The notes under the pieces were generated by a model. It saw only the letters and a program-made list of their open reading frames with translations, was not told the origin of the DNA and ran no database searches. This document shows positions 39,234 through 48,403 of a stretch of DNA of 64,000 bases, piece after piece. The position numbers and the translations under genes are program-made. How positions within the stretch are numbered: the stretch's first letter is position 1; every line of letters starts with the position of its first letter. The stretch lies in contig DFYY01000032.1 of NCBI GenBank assembly GCA_002383485.1, positions 78,891 to 142,890 of the forward strand. The letters are read 5' to 3'. This stretch comes from Bacteroidales bacterium UBA4070 (GTDB taxonomy: Bacteria; Bacteroidota; Bacteroidia; Bacteroidales; VadinHA17).

Positions 39234-41384
39234 CTATTCCAATCGTCTGATCGTCCGCTGTGCTTCAAGACGAGCCTGCCCGGAGAATCTCTCGTTATCT
39301 GCAATGATTTTGTTGCATATATCAATAATATGCTGCCTCTTGTAACTGTGGCTGAACCAGCCCAGGGCTTCTATAAGAGAAACCTCCAGCTTCTCTCCGG
39401 GAGCAGTGAAGAGGTAGTCGCACAGGGGCTCAACGATAGGATGATAGGTCAGGTTACGTAGTGACCTGATGTCAAAAATTTTGTTCTTTTCCGTCTCGTC
39501 AGGACCTGCTATGGTCTCCAGGGTCTCACTGCACGACTTTGCTCTTTTTTCAATATTGGCGGCAACCTGCCTGTAAATTGTGCCGAGGTGGTTGGAGGTA
39601 TCAAGACCTGCAAACCTCTTGTCAAGCTCCTGCATCAGCAGCTCCCGGTCGAAATATGCCAGTGCGTCAACAGCCTGATAATTCACTCTTTTTGATACAT
39701 TTGGGTCTGTTACTGACTTTATCAGGGCAGATGCCAGCCGGGGATCACCCGATTCCTGACAGTATACTGCAGCAAAACGCCTGGCAAGTTCATATGAATC
39801 ATCAAGTGCAGCAGCCGTAACCCTTATGAAGTTGTCGTCCCGCAACAGCGCGAGAAGTTTCATGGCAGAAACACGTGTGGTAGCAAATGGAGAACTGAAG
39901 TACTTTTCCGCAAGCAGGCCGCTTATGCCGGGATAGCCATTCGAATTAAGATGCCACAGGGCCCAGCTCTGAACGTCAGGATGAGGATAGGAGGCCAGTT
40001 TGATCAGCCTTTTGTTGTTACCTGCGCTCTGCATCATTTTGTCTGCATTCAGTTTCGGATCAGATGTGGCAAACCTGAATGCGGGGTCCCCAATTATATG
40101 TGATTCAAGGAGGCAGACCATGCGGTTCCACTCCCCCACCCTCATGCCGTAGGAGAGCAAGCCCACCATCTCATCCGGGAATTTATCCTGCAGCGAGTTG
40201 ACGGTGTTTGCCTGCGCAGCCACAGTACGCCCGGGACCAAATACATATGCGCCGGAAATAAACTCATCCACATGGAAGGAACCGTTGAAGCAGGCGTCGA
40301 ACATGATGAACCGTGTCTTGACATCATATTTCATTACATCTGCAGAGATAATATCCATGTCGGCAAACCAGGCCGAATCCTTTTCCGACTGTATTTTCTC
40401 GTTTGCCCCCTTAAACCATGAATCAGGGACATCCAGCCACTCCATATACCGCTTCTTGGCATCCGTTGTGTCTTTGGCACCCCTTACCTTTGAGCGGAGG
40501 TAAAATTTAATGCTTTCAATATTCTGCTGGACACCGTTTGCAGCCGCCTCAGAACCGGCCAGCTGGGCGTCGGTTGACCCATGGTGATGCAGAAGAGCAA
40601 TGTCAGTCTGCTCAATGGTCATGGCTGACAAAAGGCGGTTCTTGATATGCTCATCAAAGGTGTAATCAATATACTCGAGACCGTTGTCCTGCCTGTTCAG
40701 CTGCGGAAACTGCTGAAGCAGTGCAGCCTTCTCATCCATCCTGGCAGTCATCGATTCGGAGTTATAGCCATGACCGGCAAAGAACAGAACCTCATCAACC
40801 CTGTCGGAGTTTCTGTGTGCCTCAACCACCTTGGTCATGTAGGCCCTGAGCTTCGAGCCGTCACTGTCACCCGGTATCCGTATGCGGCCGCTGTAGATAT
40901 CCGGGGTGAGTACCTGTACCGATGACGGATTCAAACTGTAATAGTAATAGAGCCCGTTGGTGTCTGCTCTGAGAAAATCAAACTGCAGGTCAAAATCCTC
41001 ATAGAAGCGGTCAGATGCTATTGACGACCTGTGCCATGGATACCTCTCCTGGTCCATCTTAAATGCCGATGTGAGATGCTGGGCATCACGGAGCATAGGC
41101 ACCGGGATATCTCCGATAAAGACAGCACCCTCGAATCCTTTGTTGGAGGTGTACATCTCGCGCAGAAGCAGCCTGATTGAGTCAGGGTGTTGCCAGCGGT
41201 CCTCAATGATCACTGCATCCAGGCCTTCTGCCTGAAGGACGGCAGCATACTGTTTGATCTCATCGCCTGCTGTATTCAGCGAATGGCTGTCAGCGATTAT
41301 TGCATATTCCCCTGCAAGGGGCTGAGAAAGTGATGGCGTTAACAGGGTCAACGCCATCACTGCTGTAACAATTAAGTTCTTCAT
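39234..41384 (-). CDS. Secreted peptidase-C25 (gingipain-fold, clan CD) homologue fused to C-terminal HEAT-like repeats; last gene of the ECF operon
   Basis: Signal peptide MKNLIVTAVMALTLLTPSLSQP. C25-like order of blocks: YAIIAD...GAVFIGDIPVPML...SDRFYEDFD...PDIYSGRIRIP...LLHHHGS (His)...FIMFDACFNGSF (Cys)...VAAQANTVNS...IIGDPAFRF. The C-terminal ~270 aa contain HEAT-like helical repeats (PDVQSWALWHL, TRVSAMKLLALL, DSYELARRFAAVY, DPNVSKRVNYQAVDALAYF). No T9SS C-terminal domain. Confidence 0.6.
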   Translation of the reverse strand: MKNLIVTAVMALTLLTPSLSQPLAGEYAIIADSHSLNTAGDEIKQYAAVLQAEGLDAVIIEDRWQHPDSIRLLLREMYTSNKGFEGAVFIGDIPVPMLRDAQHLTSAFKMDQERYPWHRSSIASDRFYEDFDLQFDFLRADTNGLYYYYSLNPSSVQVLTPDIYSGRIRIPGDSDGSKLRAYMTKVVEAHRNSDRVDEVLFFAGHGYNSESMTARMDEKAALLQQFPQLNRQDNGLEYIDYTFDEHIKNRLLSAMTIEQTDIALLHHHGSTDAQLAGSEAAANGVQQNIESIKFYLRSKVRGAKDTTDAKKRYMEWLDVPDSWFKGANEKIQSEKDSAWFADMDIISADVMKYDVKTRFIMFDACFNGSFHVDEFISGAYVFGPGRTVAAQANTVNSLQDKFPDEMVGLLSYGMRVGEWNRMVCLLESHIIGDPAFRFATSDPKLNADKMMQSAGNNKRLIKLASYPHPDVQSWALWHLNSNGYPGISGLLAEKYFSSPFATTRVSAMKLLALLRDDNFIRVTAAALDDSYELARRFAAVYCQESGDPRLASALIKSVTDPNVSKRVNYQAVDALAYFDRELLMQELDKRFAGLDTSNHLGTIYRQVAANIEKRAKSCSETLETIAGPDETEKNKIFDIRSLRNLTYHPIVEPLCDYLFTAPGEKLEVSLIEALGWFSHSYKRQHIIDICNKIIADNERFSGQARLEAQRTIRRLE

Positions 41385-41388
41385 AATT

Positions 41389-42957
41389 TCAGAATGTAAG
41401 TCCCGTCACAACATTTACCATGTAACCTGACAGGTTTCCGGCTTCGGAACCGGGAGCCGCAGCCCACCAGCCCTGTGGCAATAGAAACAATGAGTTTATA
41501 AATTTGTTGCCGATGACGGACTTCTCAAGCCTCACGGAAACTACCGCACTTATTACGTCCGCCTTTGAGATAAAATAATCATGGTAAACCATATCTGGTA
41601 CACTCAACGGTTGTACCACATATGAAATGTCGCTACCCAGGTTCATACGGTAACCTGCATCCAGCCCTGGTGTAACCATAAGGGTACCAACCCTGAAAAG
41701 CTTGCGCGCAAAGATGTTTACACCGATATTGAATATGTTATAAAAACCGTAGCTCTGAACCGGGAAATGTTCGGTTGAAAAATACTTCGCATCAAACGCT
41801 CCACCCACTTTCAGGTCGATGTTGTGGTCGCTGTCAAAGACCAGGTACGAGTACTTCAGTTCACCTGCAATATCATTTATCATGTGCTTATTCTCGATCC
41901 AGCTGACAGTTGCGAGCGAGTCATAGGAATAGGTGCCCTTGTTGACGGTGTATGACCGCTGGAGGATCTCGTCTCCGCTGACCGACAGATAGGAACCCGT
42001 AAGGGATAAGATGTGTTGTGCCTTTTCGCCGGAAATTCTCAGTAACCCTGACAGAGAGATGTCAGTAGTTGAGGCTATACCGTTGATGAGTCTCAATGAA
42101 CTTCCGGTTCTGGCCTCCTCCGTGAAGTGGTCATAGCTGAGTTCACCAATCAAATAAATGTCGCCGCCATCATGTGATGCCTGAAGCGCACCGGCATAAC
42201 CCCTTCCGGTGTACCATTGAGTATAGGAAGAGATGTTTGGCTCCTGCCTGTAATAACCCAGCCCAAGGAAGAGAAAGAGGTTCTGGTTCCAGTTGCCTTC
42301 GACACTGTAAGACAGCTCATCGCTGGTGTTATAAACTGATCCTGACAGTCCGACTTTTGTTTTCCCAAAGTCATAGGTAATACCAGGCGTAACTTTAAGC
42401 AAGGAAATCGTATTCTTGTTGCGAGGGTCCTTCTGTTTGGCCCCAACAGCTGTCAGATACTCAACGCCAACAGCAAGGCTTATGCGATCGTTCATAATGT
42501 AGCTCATCTTCCCCTCCATGTCAAAACTTTCCATGGACTGCCTGGCTGACACAGTATCTCCGAGGAGATAAGGGTTCAGAGTGTTGAACATCATGGTTCC
42601 GTTATAGTTTACCCCTTCATAGTCAGAGTTGGAGTATCCGAATGACCCGGAAAGTATGATCTTTTCAAGCTGTTTGTATCCCTTTATGGCAACATTGTAG
42701 GCCGATGTCAGATCAGGCTGCTGGATGAATCTGATTTCGTTATTCTGCCAGGTGTACCCTGCCTGCACAAGGCTATGGTTGCCGAAGTCATAATCAGCCA
42801 GTGCTGCCGGATTCGATGTGGCTGTCCAGGGAAGAACTACCGGCAATGTCTCAAACAGACTGCTGCCTTCCGGCACATTTTCCTGGGCCGCCGCACCTGA
42901 GCCCATCCCTGCTGCTAACAAAGAGGTCACAATAATTATTAAGGTTAATTTATTCAT
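41389..42957 (-). CDS. Outer-membrane beta-barrel protein of unknown function
   Basis: Signal peptide (MNKLTLIIIVTSLLAAGMGSGAAAQE). Alternating amphipathic beta-strand pattern rich in Y/G/S/N, with a C-terminal aromatic (…VVTGLTF). It recalls the DUF6850-type barrels annotated next to TonB receptors in Bacteroidales; this is from memory and was not searched. Confidence 0.6.
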   Translation of the reverse strand: MNKLTLIIIVTSLLAAGMGSGAAAQENVPEGSSLFETLPVVLPWTATSNPAALADYDFGNHSLVQAGYTWQNNEIRFIQQPDLTSAYNVAIKGYKQLEKIILSGSFGYSNSDYEGVNYNGTMMFNTLNPYLLGDTVSARQSMESFDMEGKMSYIMNDRISLAVGVEYLTAVGAKQKDPRNKNTISLLKVTPGITYDFGKTKVGLSGSVYNTSDELSYSVEGNWNQNLFLFLGLGYYRQEPNISSYTQWYTGRGYAGALQASHDGGDIYLIGELSYDHFTEEARTGSSLRLINGIASTTDISLSGLLRISGEKAQHILSLTGSYLSVSGDEILQRSYTVNKGTYSYDSLATVSWIENKHMINDIAGELKYSYLVFDSDHNIDLKVGGAFDAKYFSTEHFPVQSYGFYNIFNIGVNIFARKLFRVGTLMVTPGLDAGYRMNLGSDISYVVQPLSVPDMVYHDYFISKADVISAVVSVRLEKSVIGNKFINSLFLLPQGWWAAAPGSEAGNLSGYMVNVVTGLTF

Positions 42958-42986
42958 CAGCCGGATCAGTTCAATTGATTTAAGGC

Positions 42987-43025
42987 AGTGTGCCGGACCT
43001 AGGGTTTACCGGTATCCGGCACACT
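42987..43025 (-). promoter_or_regulatory. Intercistronic perfect 11-bp stem-loop inside the operon
   Basis: AGTGTGCCGGA-(17 nt)-TCCGGCACACT lies in the 82-nt gap between the lipoprotein gene (ends 43040) and the beta-barrel gene (starts 42957). No U-tract follows it on the minus strand. Confidence 0.5.
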
Positions 43026-43039
43026 TCACCTGATGTAAA

Positions 43040-44245
43040 CTACAGATCCACGGAAGTTGGATGGACAAAAGGAGTCGGAGTCTGATCGATGAGGAAGTCG
43101 TTTGTCGAGTTATTTGTATCCTTATAGAATACCTTTCCATCGAGAATCTTCTCTACTTTCCTTCTCACGCTCTTGCTGTTGTAGGTGGCAAGGCTCCATG
43201 TCCAGCCTGCGTCAACCGATGTAGGAAGACGCTTGAATCTCTTGTCCTCCTCCGGACGATTGCATTCAACACCGTCGATCACCCAGTCTTTATGTACCAT
43301 AAAATATTGAGTGGCTGATGTTGTGCCCGGTTTCGTCATGAAATTATCCGGATTGGAGACAAAACTTGCATAGTTAAGACCGGTAGGGAGTCTGAACAAC
43401 ACAACTGCAGCGCCATTCACTGAATGGAGCCAGTCATACATTGAAGCAGAGGTTGTATACATTACGATCAGGTTAGCAGCCTGCGGAGAATCAGTGTCTT
43501 TACCCGGAGCTTCAATGAAAGCCTCAAACTGTGCGCTTGCCATGTTCACGGGTGAGAGTGGGTTACCCAGAGGGTCTGTCTTATGGTCGATTGCGTCCAT
43601 TGCGAGGACGACACTTGTCCTGGGCTGTATCGGGTACTGCTGTCCGGTGCCGGGAAACATCAACGCATGGTAAGCTATCGGCAGCCTGTCCATGATTGAT
43701 CCATCCTGATTGACCCACACGGTAGGAGAAGAGCCAATTGGCTCAAGCAGGCCGATGCACAGGCCGTCAAGATAGACAACCTCGTCACTGTTGTTGTAGA
43801 TCTCGTGGAACTGATCCGAATAGTAATTACTCCCTGCCTCAGTCTTGGAACCTGTGTAATAGATCTCCTTGAGCACCAGTCCGCCCGCCTTGGAGGAGGC
43901 AATCATATGGATCTCCCAGTTGTTTACGGCACTGGTATTGACGGTAAGGTTCTCGGTTATACCGTTGAAGTAGAAATCATCTGTCTCCAGGGTGGCCTGT
44001 ATTGTGTACATCCCCTCCTCCAGTTCTGTCTGCGCAACACCGGTTGCGTCAGTTGTTGCAGTAATTTCGATCCCTGTCAGGGTATTCTTGACTGTGATCT
44101 CCTGGCTGGCTACTTTCTCTGTCCCGTATCCTTCAGGATAGAAGACTGTTATAGAGACATCATAGAGCGTGGCGCCCTTTTCGCAGGAGGTGAGTGCCAC
44201 CACGCCTGCAATCATCATGACTAATAATAACGGAAACTTTCTCAT
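43040..44245 (-). CDS. Surface/periplasmic lipoprotein with N-terminal Ig/CarboxypepD_reg-like sandwich and lamin-tail-domain-like segment
   Basis: Lipobox (MRKFPLLLVMMIAGVVALTSCEKG). YDVSITVFYPEGY...ITVKNTLTG...TDATGVAQTELEEGMYTIQA resembles a CarboxypepD_reg/Ig fold. LVLKEIYYTGS...DQFHEIYNNSDEVVYLDGLCIG resembles the LTD pattern (InEi...ElyN.s...v.L.G). It recalls DUF4876; not searched. Confidence 0.55.
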   Translation of the reverse strand: MRKFPLLLVMMIAGVVALTSCEKGATLYDVSITVFYPEGYGTEKVASQEITVKNTLTGIEITATTDATGVAQTELEEGMYTIQATLETDDFYFNGITENLTVNTSAVNNWEIHMIASSKAGGLVLKEIYYTGSKTEAGSNYYSDQFHEIYNNSDEVVYLDGLCIGLLEPIGSSPTVWVNQDGSIMDRLPIAYHALMFPGTGQQYPIQPRTSVVLAMDAIDHKTDPLGNPLSPVNMASAQFEAFIEAPGKDTDSPQAANLIVMYTTSASMYDWLHSVNGAAVVLFRLPTGLNYASFVSNPDNFMTKPGTTSATQYFMVHKDWVIDGVECNRPEEDKRFKRLPTSVDAGWTWSLATYNSKSVRRKVEKILDGKVFYKDTNNSTNDFLIDQTPTPFVHPTSVDL

Positions 44246-44261
44246 ACTCTGTAATTATTGG

Positions 44262-47150
44262 TTAGAACTTAATTTTCAACTCTGCCCCGAAATAGAGCGG
44301 CGGATTCCTGCGTGCATATACTTCCGGCGCTCCGCCGCTCTGTTTCAGCAGTGGATTATGGTTGGTAATGTTATTTGCATAGAAAGAAATATTGACGTAA
44401 TCTGTTATCTCCTTGGTAAGCTTGAAGTTTATGACAAAATAGGGCGGATAGCCCGTTTCCGCAAAGTACCAGGGTGTATTATAACGCTTTATCAGGTCAG
44501 AATAGGGTTTTGCTACAGCTTGTTCACGGTCAAAGTCATGATATACCATCTGCCTGTCATAATAGCCAACCGGGTCAACGTATTTTGGATAGATCTTGTC
44601 CGCATAAACATCATCAACAGGAGTAGTGGTATAGAACAGGGGATTGCCCTCAGGATCATCCCAGACATTCTGGTCTCGGTCCATCCAAATTATCTGGGTT
44701 GTCACGGTTGCAACCATCCGGAGCTCCCTGATATGGGTAATGGTTCTGATATTTGTATTGAAACGCTTGTCTATGCTTCCGTAGCCGGCAGGATAAACAG
44801 CCACCAGAGGGTACTCCCTTCCTCCGATGCTTCCTGAGGAAGGCTTTGTTAAGTCCTCCACTATTGACTGTCTTTTTACCATCATCCATGCTCCGTCAAC
44901 AATAAAGGATGTCCTGAGTGCCTGCACCGTCCCCAGGTCAAGAGTAAACTCAACTCCTTTTTTCGTTGTCATGGTCCCGTTTTGGGGATAGGTAAAACTG
45001 ACAAAGACTGTATCATTTGAGACCGGCAGCTCTATTTCCGTTCCGCTTACAGGATCGGTATAGAATACTCCGGCCCCTGGCACAAAATAGAGATCAAGGC
45101 CATTTTGTGAAGGCTGGGTGTAGCGGTTAAAAATAAAATTCTCATAGTAAGATTCAAAGCTGAACCCATTCTCCATTTTTTCGGAGTAGAGGGTGACATT
45201 GATGTCAATATCACTGACGGTCATATCAAAACCGGCCTCCAGTTTCCTGTTGACTGCAGGCGCAAGGCTCTCGTTGCGGGGATTTTCGAAGATCTTTGTC
45301 GTCACCACGAACAGGCCGCTCTGGGCAACAGGGTCATAATAGCTTAACCCAGTCTTGTCCCAGTAGGCTTTATCCGGATAGAGATAGAGGAGTGAAGGGG
45401 CTTTTGAGAAGAGGCCGTACCCTCCTCTTAAGGCCAGGTGGGATATGGCATTTCCCCCCTTGTCAATGATGGTATATCTTGCATTGAATCTCGGGTCAAG
45501 CATTGTTGTCTCTTCCTCTGAGCTGAAGAGTCCGTCAGGCTGAACATTGGTGAACCTTATTCCTGCCTGCAGGTCCAGCCTTGTTTTTCCGATAGGTATA
45601 GCCAGGTTCTCCTCGGCATAATAGGCCAGCTGGCCCAGCGAGGGGATATCCTTATATGACCTTGGTCTGGCATCCGTTCCTCCTGTAGGCACCGGTGGCC
45701 GTGCAAGATTATAAATCCTTCCAAGTCCGTCATTTCCATATAACTTCCATTCAACACCTGCCATAAGGTTGTTGACCATGTTGCCGATGTTGAAAGAGCG
45801 GTTGCCGGAGAGCCTGGCATTGTAGTAGTATGGTCTGCCGTCAATCGTAAGATCGCTGATGTAGGATGAAGGAAGGATGGGTACCTCATTCTCTCCCGGC
45901 TCAAGGGCAACCGGCTGGGGCTGGGCTCCTGAAGGTATCTCCTCAAGCGTCACCTCATGGCCTACCTGATGCTGGATGTCTCCCGACATCATCAGGCTAA
46001 GGTTTGTCAGCAGCAGTGAGTTGAGTGCCCATTTGGTGTTCAGATTGAATGATATCCCCTTGTCTCTTGCTTCATAATCCTCGACATCAAGCATATCAGG
46101 ATCCTGCTTGTTTACATCAACTGTCTGATACCCTCTTGCGGAAAGACTTAATGTCAGAGGTTTTGAGTCCCGGAGAAGGGTATTGTTGTAAATGATGCCG
46201 CCGTTAATCCTGTTGAAAGTCTTGTATTTTATCCTGATGTCGTCAAATGACTGGGTATAGTCAAAATCGAGATTAATGGTTCCTGCCTTATCGCCAAGTG
46301 ACAGTCCCTTCCCTGCATAGAACTGTTTTATGCCCGGATCGGTTTTTATCTTGGCAGTGAATGGTGTTTTGCCCTTCTTCATTGTGACCTTGACAGCACC
46401 GCTCAGCATGTCACCGTTTTCAACACCTGCGATGCCTCTGACAACCTCTATGGTTTCGATGTTGTCAACAGAAATCTGGCGTACATCCGTTCCTCCGGAT
46501 GCTGAGGTGGCAAAGCTTGCAGTAATTCCCGTGGAGGCACCTGTGGTCTTCAGGAACTGCATGTTGGCATCGTTTGAGACAGGTGCACCGTCAACCACAA
46601 GGAGCGTCCCGAGGCTGGCCATATTATCCCCCACATAGCCGTCCTTACGAATGATCTCCCTGACAGTCAGCTGCTTCGGCTTTGAAAGGTCAGGGTTCAG
46701 CGCCGTCTGTCCGGGCAGCAGCTGAAGCACATCGGAGAGATCGGTAGGCTGAACATGCTGAATGGCAGCCTGCTCTATCACTGACCCGGAAGCGATGCGC
46801 CGTCCCTCCTTTGCCGTGACAACGACATCTTCTATTGCCAGGGTGGCTTCATCAATCATGATGGTCACCTTTTCCTCGCTCAACGGGAAGGTGACACTGT
46901 GCTCATGCTGTATAAACCCCAGGCATGAGACCACCAGGGTATAGTTCCCGGGAGGGACAGTCTTCAGAACAAAATCTCCGTTATCTGTTGTCGTTGCCCA
47001 GATATTAAGCTCCTTCACAACGACGGTAGCCATTGTCACCGGTTCCCCGGTGGTCCGGCAGATGATCTTTCCCTGCATCGAAGGCTTTGTCTGGGCTGAT
47101 AGTGCCAGGGCCGCAAAAATCAATACCAGGATGAAAAGAAGCTTTTTCAA
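44262..47150 (-). CDS. TonB-dependent outer-membrane receptor with N-terminal CarboxypepD_reg domain (no STN signalling domain, no SusD partner)
   Basis: Signal peptide, then GKIICRTTGEPVTMATVVV...TDNGDFVLKTVPPGNYTLVVSCLGF (CarboxypepD_reg). Plug blocks (DLSDVLQLLPGQ, IETIEVVRGIAGVENG), a long beta-barrel and the terminal ...GAELKIKF. Confidence 0.85.
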   Translation of the reverse strand: MKKLLFILVLIFAALALSAQTKPSMQGKIICRTTGEPVTMATVVVKELNIWATTTDNGDFVLKTVPPGNYTLVVSCLGFIQHEHSVTFPLSEEKVTIMIDEATLAIEDVVVTAKEGRRIASGSVIEQAAIQHVQPTDLSDVLQLLPGQTALNPDLSKPKQLTVREIIRKDGYVGDNMASLGTLLVVDGAPVSNDANMQFLKTTGASTGITASFATSASGGTDVRQISVDNIETIEVVRGIAGVENGDMLSGAVKVTMKKGKTPFTAKIKTDPGIKQFYAGKGLSLGDKAGTINLDFDYTQSFDDIRIKYKTFNRINGGIIYNNTLLRDSKPLTLSLSARGYQTVDVNKQDPDMLDVEDYEARDKGISFNLNTKWALNSLLLTNLSLMMSGDIQHQVGHEVTLEEIPSGAQPQPVALEPGENEVPILPSSYISDLTIDGRPYYYNARLSGNRSFNIGNMVNNLMAGVEWKLYGNDGLGRIYNLARPPVPTGGTDARPRSYKDIPSLGQLAYYAEENLAIPIGKTRLDLQAGIRFTNVQPDGLFSSEEETTMLDPRFNARYTIIDKGGNAISHLALRGGYGLFSKAPSLLYLYPDKAYWDKTGLSYYDPVAQSGLFVVTTKIFENPRNESLAPAVNRKLEAGFDMTVSDIDINVTLYSEKMENGFSFESYYENFIFNRYTQPSQNGLDLYFVPGAGVFYTDPVSGTEIELPVSNDTVFVSFTYPQNGTMTTKKGVEFTLDLGTVQALRTSFIVDGAWMMVKRQSIVEDLTKPSSGSIGGREYPLVAVYPAGYGSIDKRFNTNIRTITHIRELRMVATVTTQIIWMDRDQNVWDDPEGNPLFYTTTPVDDVYADKIYPKYVDPVGYYDRQMVYHDFDREQAVAKPYSDLIKRYNTPWYFAETGYPPYFVINFKLTKEITDYVNISFYANNITNHNPLLKQSGGAPEVYARRNPPLYFGAELKIKF

Positions 47151-47154
47151 GGCA

Positions 47155-48402
47155 TCATTTTTTTGCTGGTGGTTTCACCTTACTGAACTTATTCGGAAAG
47201 AACTGCGTGGCTATCAGTCCGTAGATGCCAGTCACCGCGGTTATAAGGAGATCAGGAATGTTTGCCTTCCATGACCACCCCCGCCTCGTTATTAGCAGCA
47301 CAGCGGCTATGAGCGCAATAAGGTTGAAGATCAGCCACCTGATGCCGGGTGAAGGTTTGAAGTAGAACCTCACAAAGGAGGAATTTTCATCCCTCATTCT
47401 TGTCTCGAAGGGAAATAATGTGGCCAGCATTTCCCCTTCCGGTCTCTCATAGAGGCCTTCCCATTTCTCCCCATGTGTTCCCACTACCTGATACATATCG
47501 TCAACAGCTATTGCCTCGTACCAGTTTTCACCCAGAATGGTGAGGCATTTGTTGAACAGGTCTGCGCTCAGCCTGAATGTGTGAATGGCAGGATTAAAAC
47601 CGTCAACGGGCAGCCGCTGAAGGTCATAAACCTCATCCATTATCACAAATATACCCTGATTTCTTGTAAAAACATAACAATAATACTCTTTGCTTCTGAG
47701 GTCAACCGCTTCAATATAAACAATGTCAAGCTTTTCCGGGGTTTCGATTCTAACCACGTAAGGTTCTCCCTTTATCATCTTCACATGGAAGAGAGACCCC
47801 TCATTGTCAGTGATAAAGTAGCCCTCATCACATGATTTTCTTGTTGTCGGCAATCCGGCAATGAGATTTGCCGGAAAGATAAATCCTTCAGCCGTGAGCG
47901 CATCGGTAAAGAGACTGCTCTTCTCCTCATTGATCTCATTGGTTCTGGCAACGATGAACTCCATTCGTTTTTCAATGCGGAAATAATCCTCGGGCATGGC
48001 CAGGTTCACCTTTCCGCTCTGAGATTCCAGCAAGGGCCAGAGCGTTGGGACCGGGGCATCCAGCCTTTTCGGCGTATAGCGGTAGAACGATGAAGCCCTG
48101 GCTATCGAGGGTGTCTCCATCTTCACTCCCTTTATGGTATCGGGCATGGTTCCGTCAGCCATAAGCTGCCGGTAGAACATGAAGGGAAGCGCTTGTTCGT
48201 ATTCGTCAGAGGTATATTCCTTTCCTTCAGGAGATTTCCTGGTACTACCGTCGACAACGATAAAGTCTTCGGTGATGCAGCTGTAAAAGATATTGGGTGA
48301 TCTGGGCACCTTTTCAAAGATTGTCCAGAACAATGAGGGCAACACGATGGAGGTAACCAGTATGCCAATAGCCACAAGTATGTATCTGCTGAACTTTATC
48401 AT
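47155..48402 (-). CDS. Membrane protein with N-terminal TM, ~330-aa extracytoplasmic domain and two C-terminal TM helices (ABC-transporter accessory candidate)
   Basis: I prefer the start at MIKFSRYILVAIGILVTSIV (ATG 48402), 1 nt after the permease stop, over the listed 48450. C-terminal TM helices IRWLIFNLIALIAAVLLI and LLITAVTGIYGLIATQFF. It recalls DUF4857; not searched. Confidence 0.55.
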   Translation of the reverse strand: MIKFSRYILVAIGILVTSIVLPSLFWTIFEKVPRSPNIFYSCITEDFIVVDGSTRKSPEGKEYTSDEYEQALPFMFYRQLMADGTMPDTIKGVKMETPSIARASSFYRYTPKRLDAPVPTLWPLLESQSGKVNLAMPEDYFRIEKRMEFIVARTNEINEEKSSLFTDALTAEGFIFPANLIAGLPTTRKSCDEGYFITDNEGSLFHVKMIKGEPYVVRIETPEKLDIVYIEAVDLRSKEYYCYVFTRNQGIFVIMDEVYDLQRLPVDGFNPAIHTFRLSADLFNKCLTILGENWYEAIAVDDMYQVVGTHGEKWEGLYERPEGEMLATLFPFETRMRDENSSFVRFYFKPSPGIRWLIFNLIALIAAVLLITRRGWSWKANIPDLLITAVTGIYGLIATQFFPNKFSKVKPPAKK

Positions 48403-48403
48403 C

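Noticed and set aside
44169-44837. 222-aa plus-strand ORF
   Set aside because: It is antisense to the 3' end of the TonB-dependent receptor gene and the start of the lipoprotein gene.
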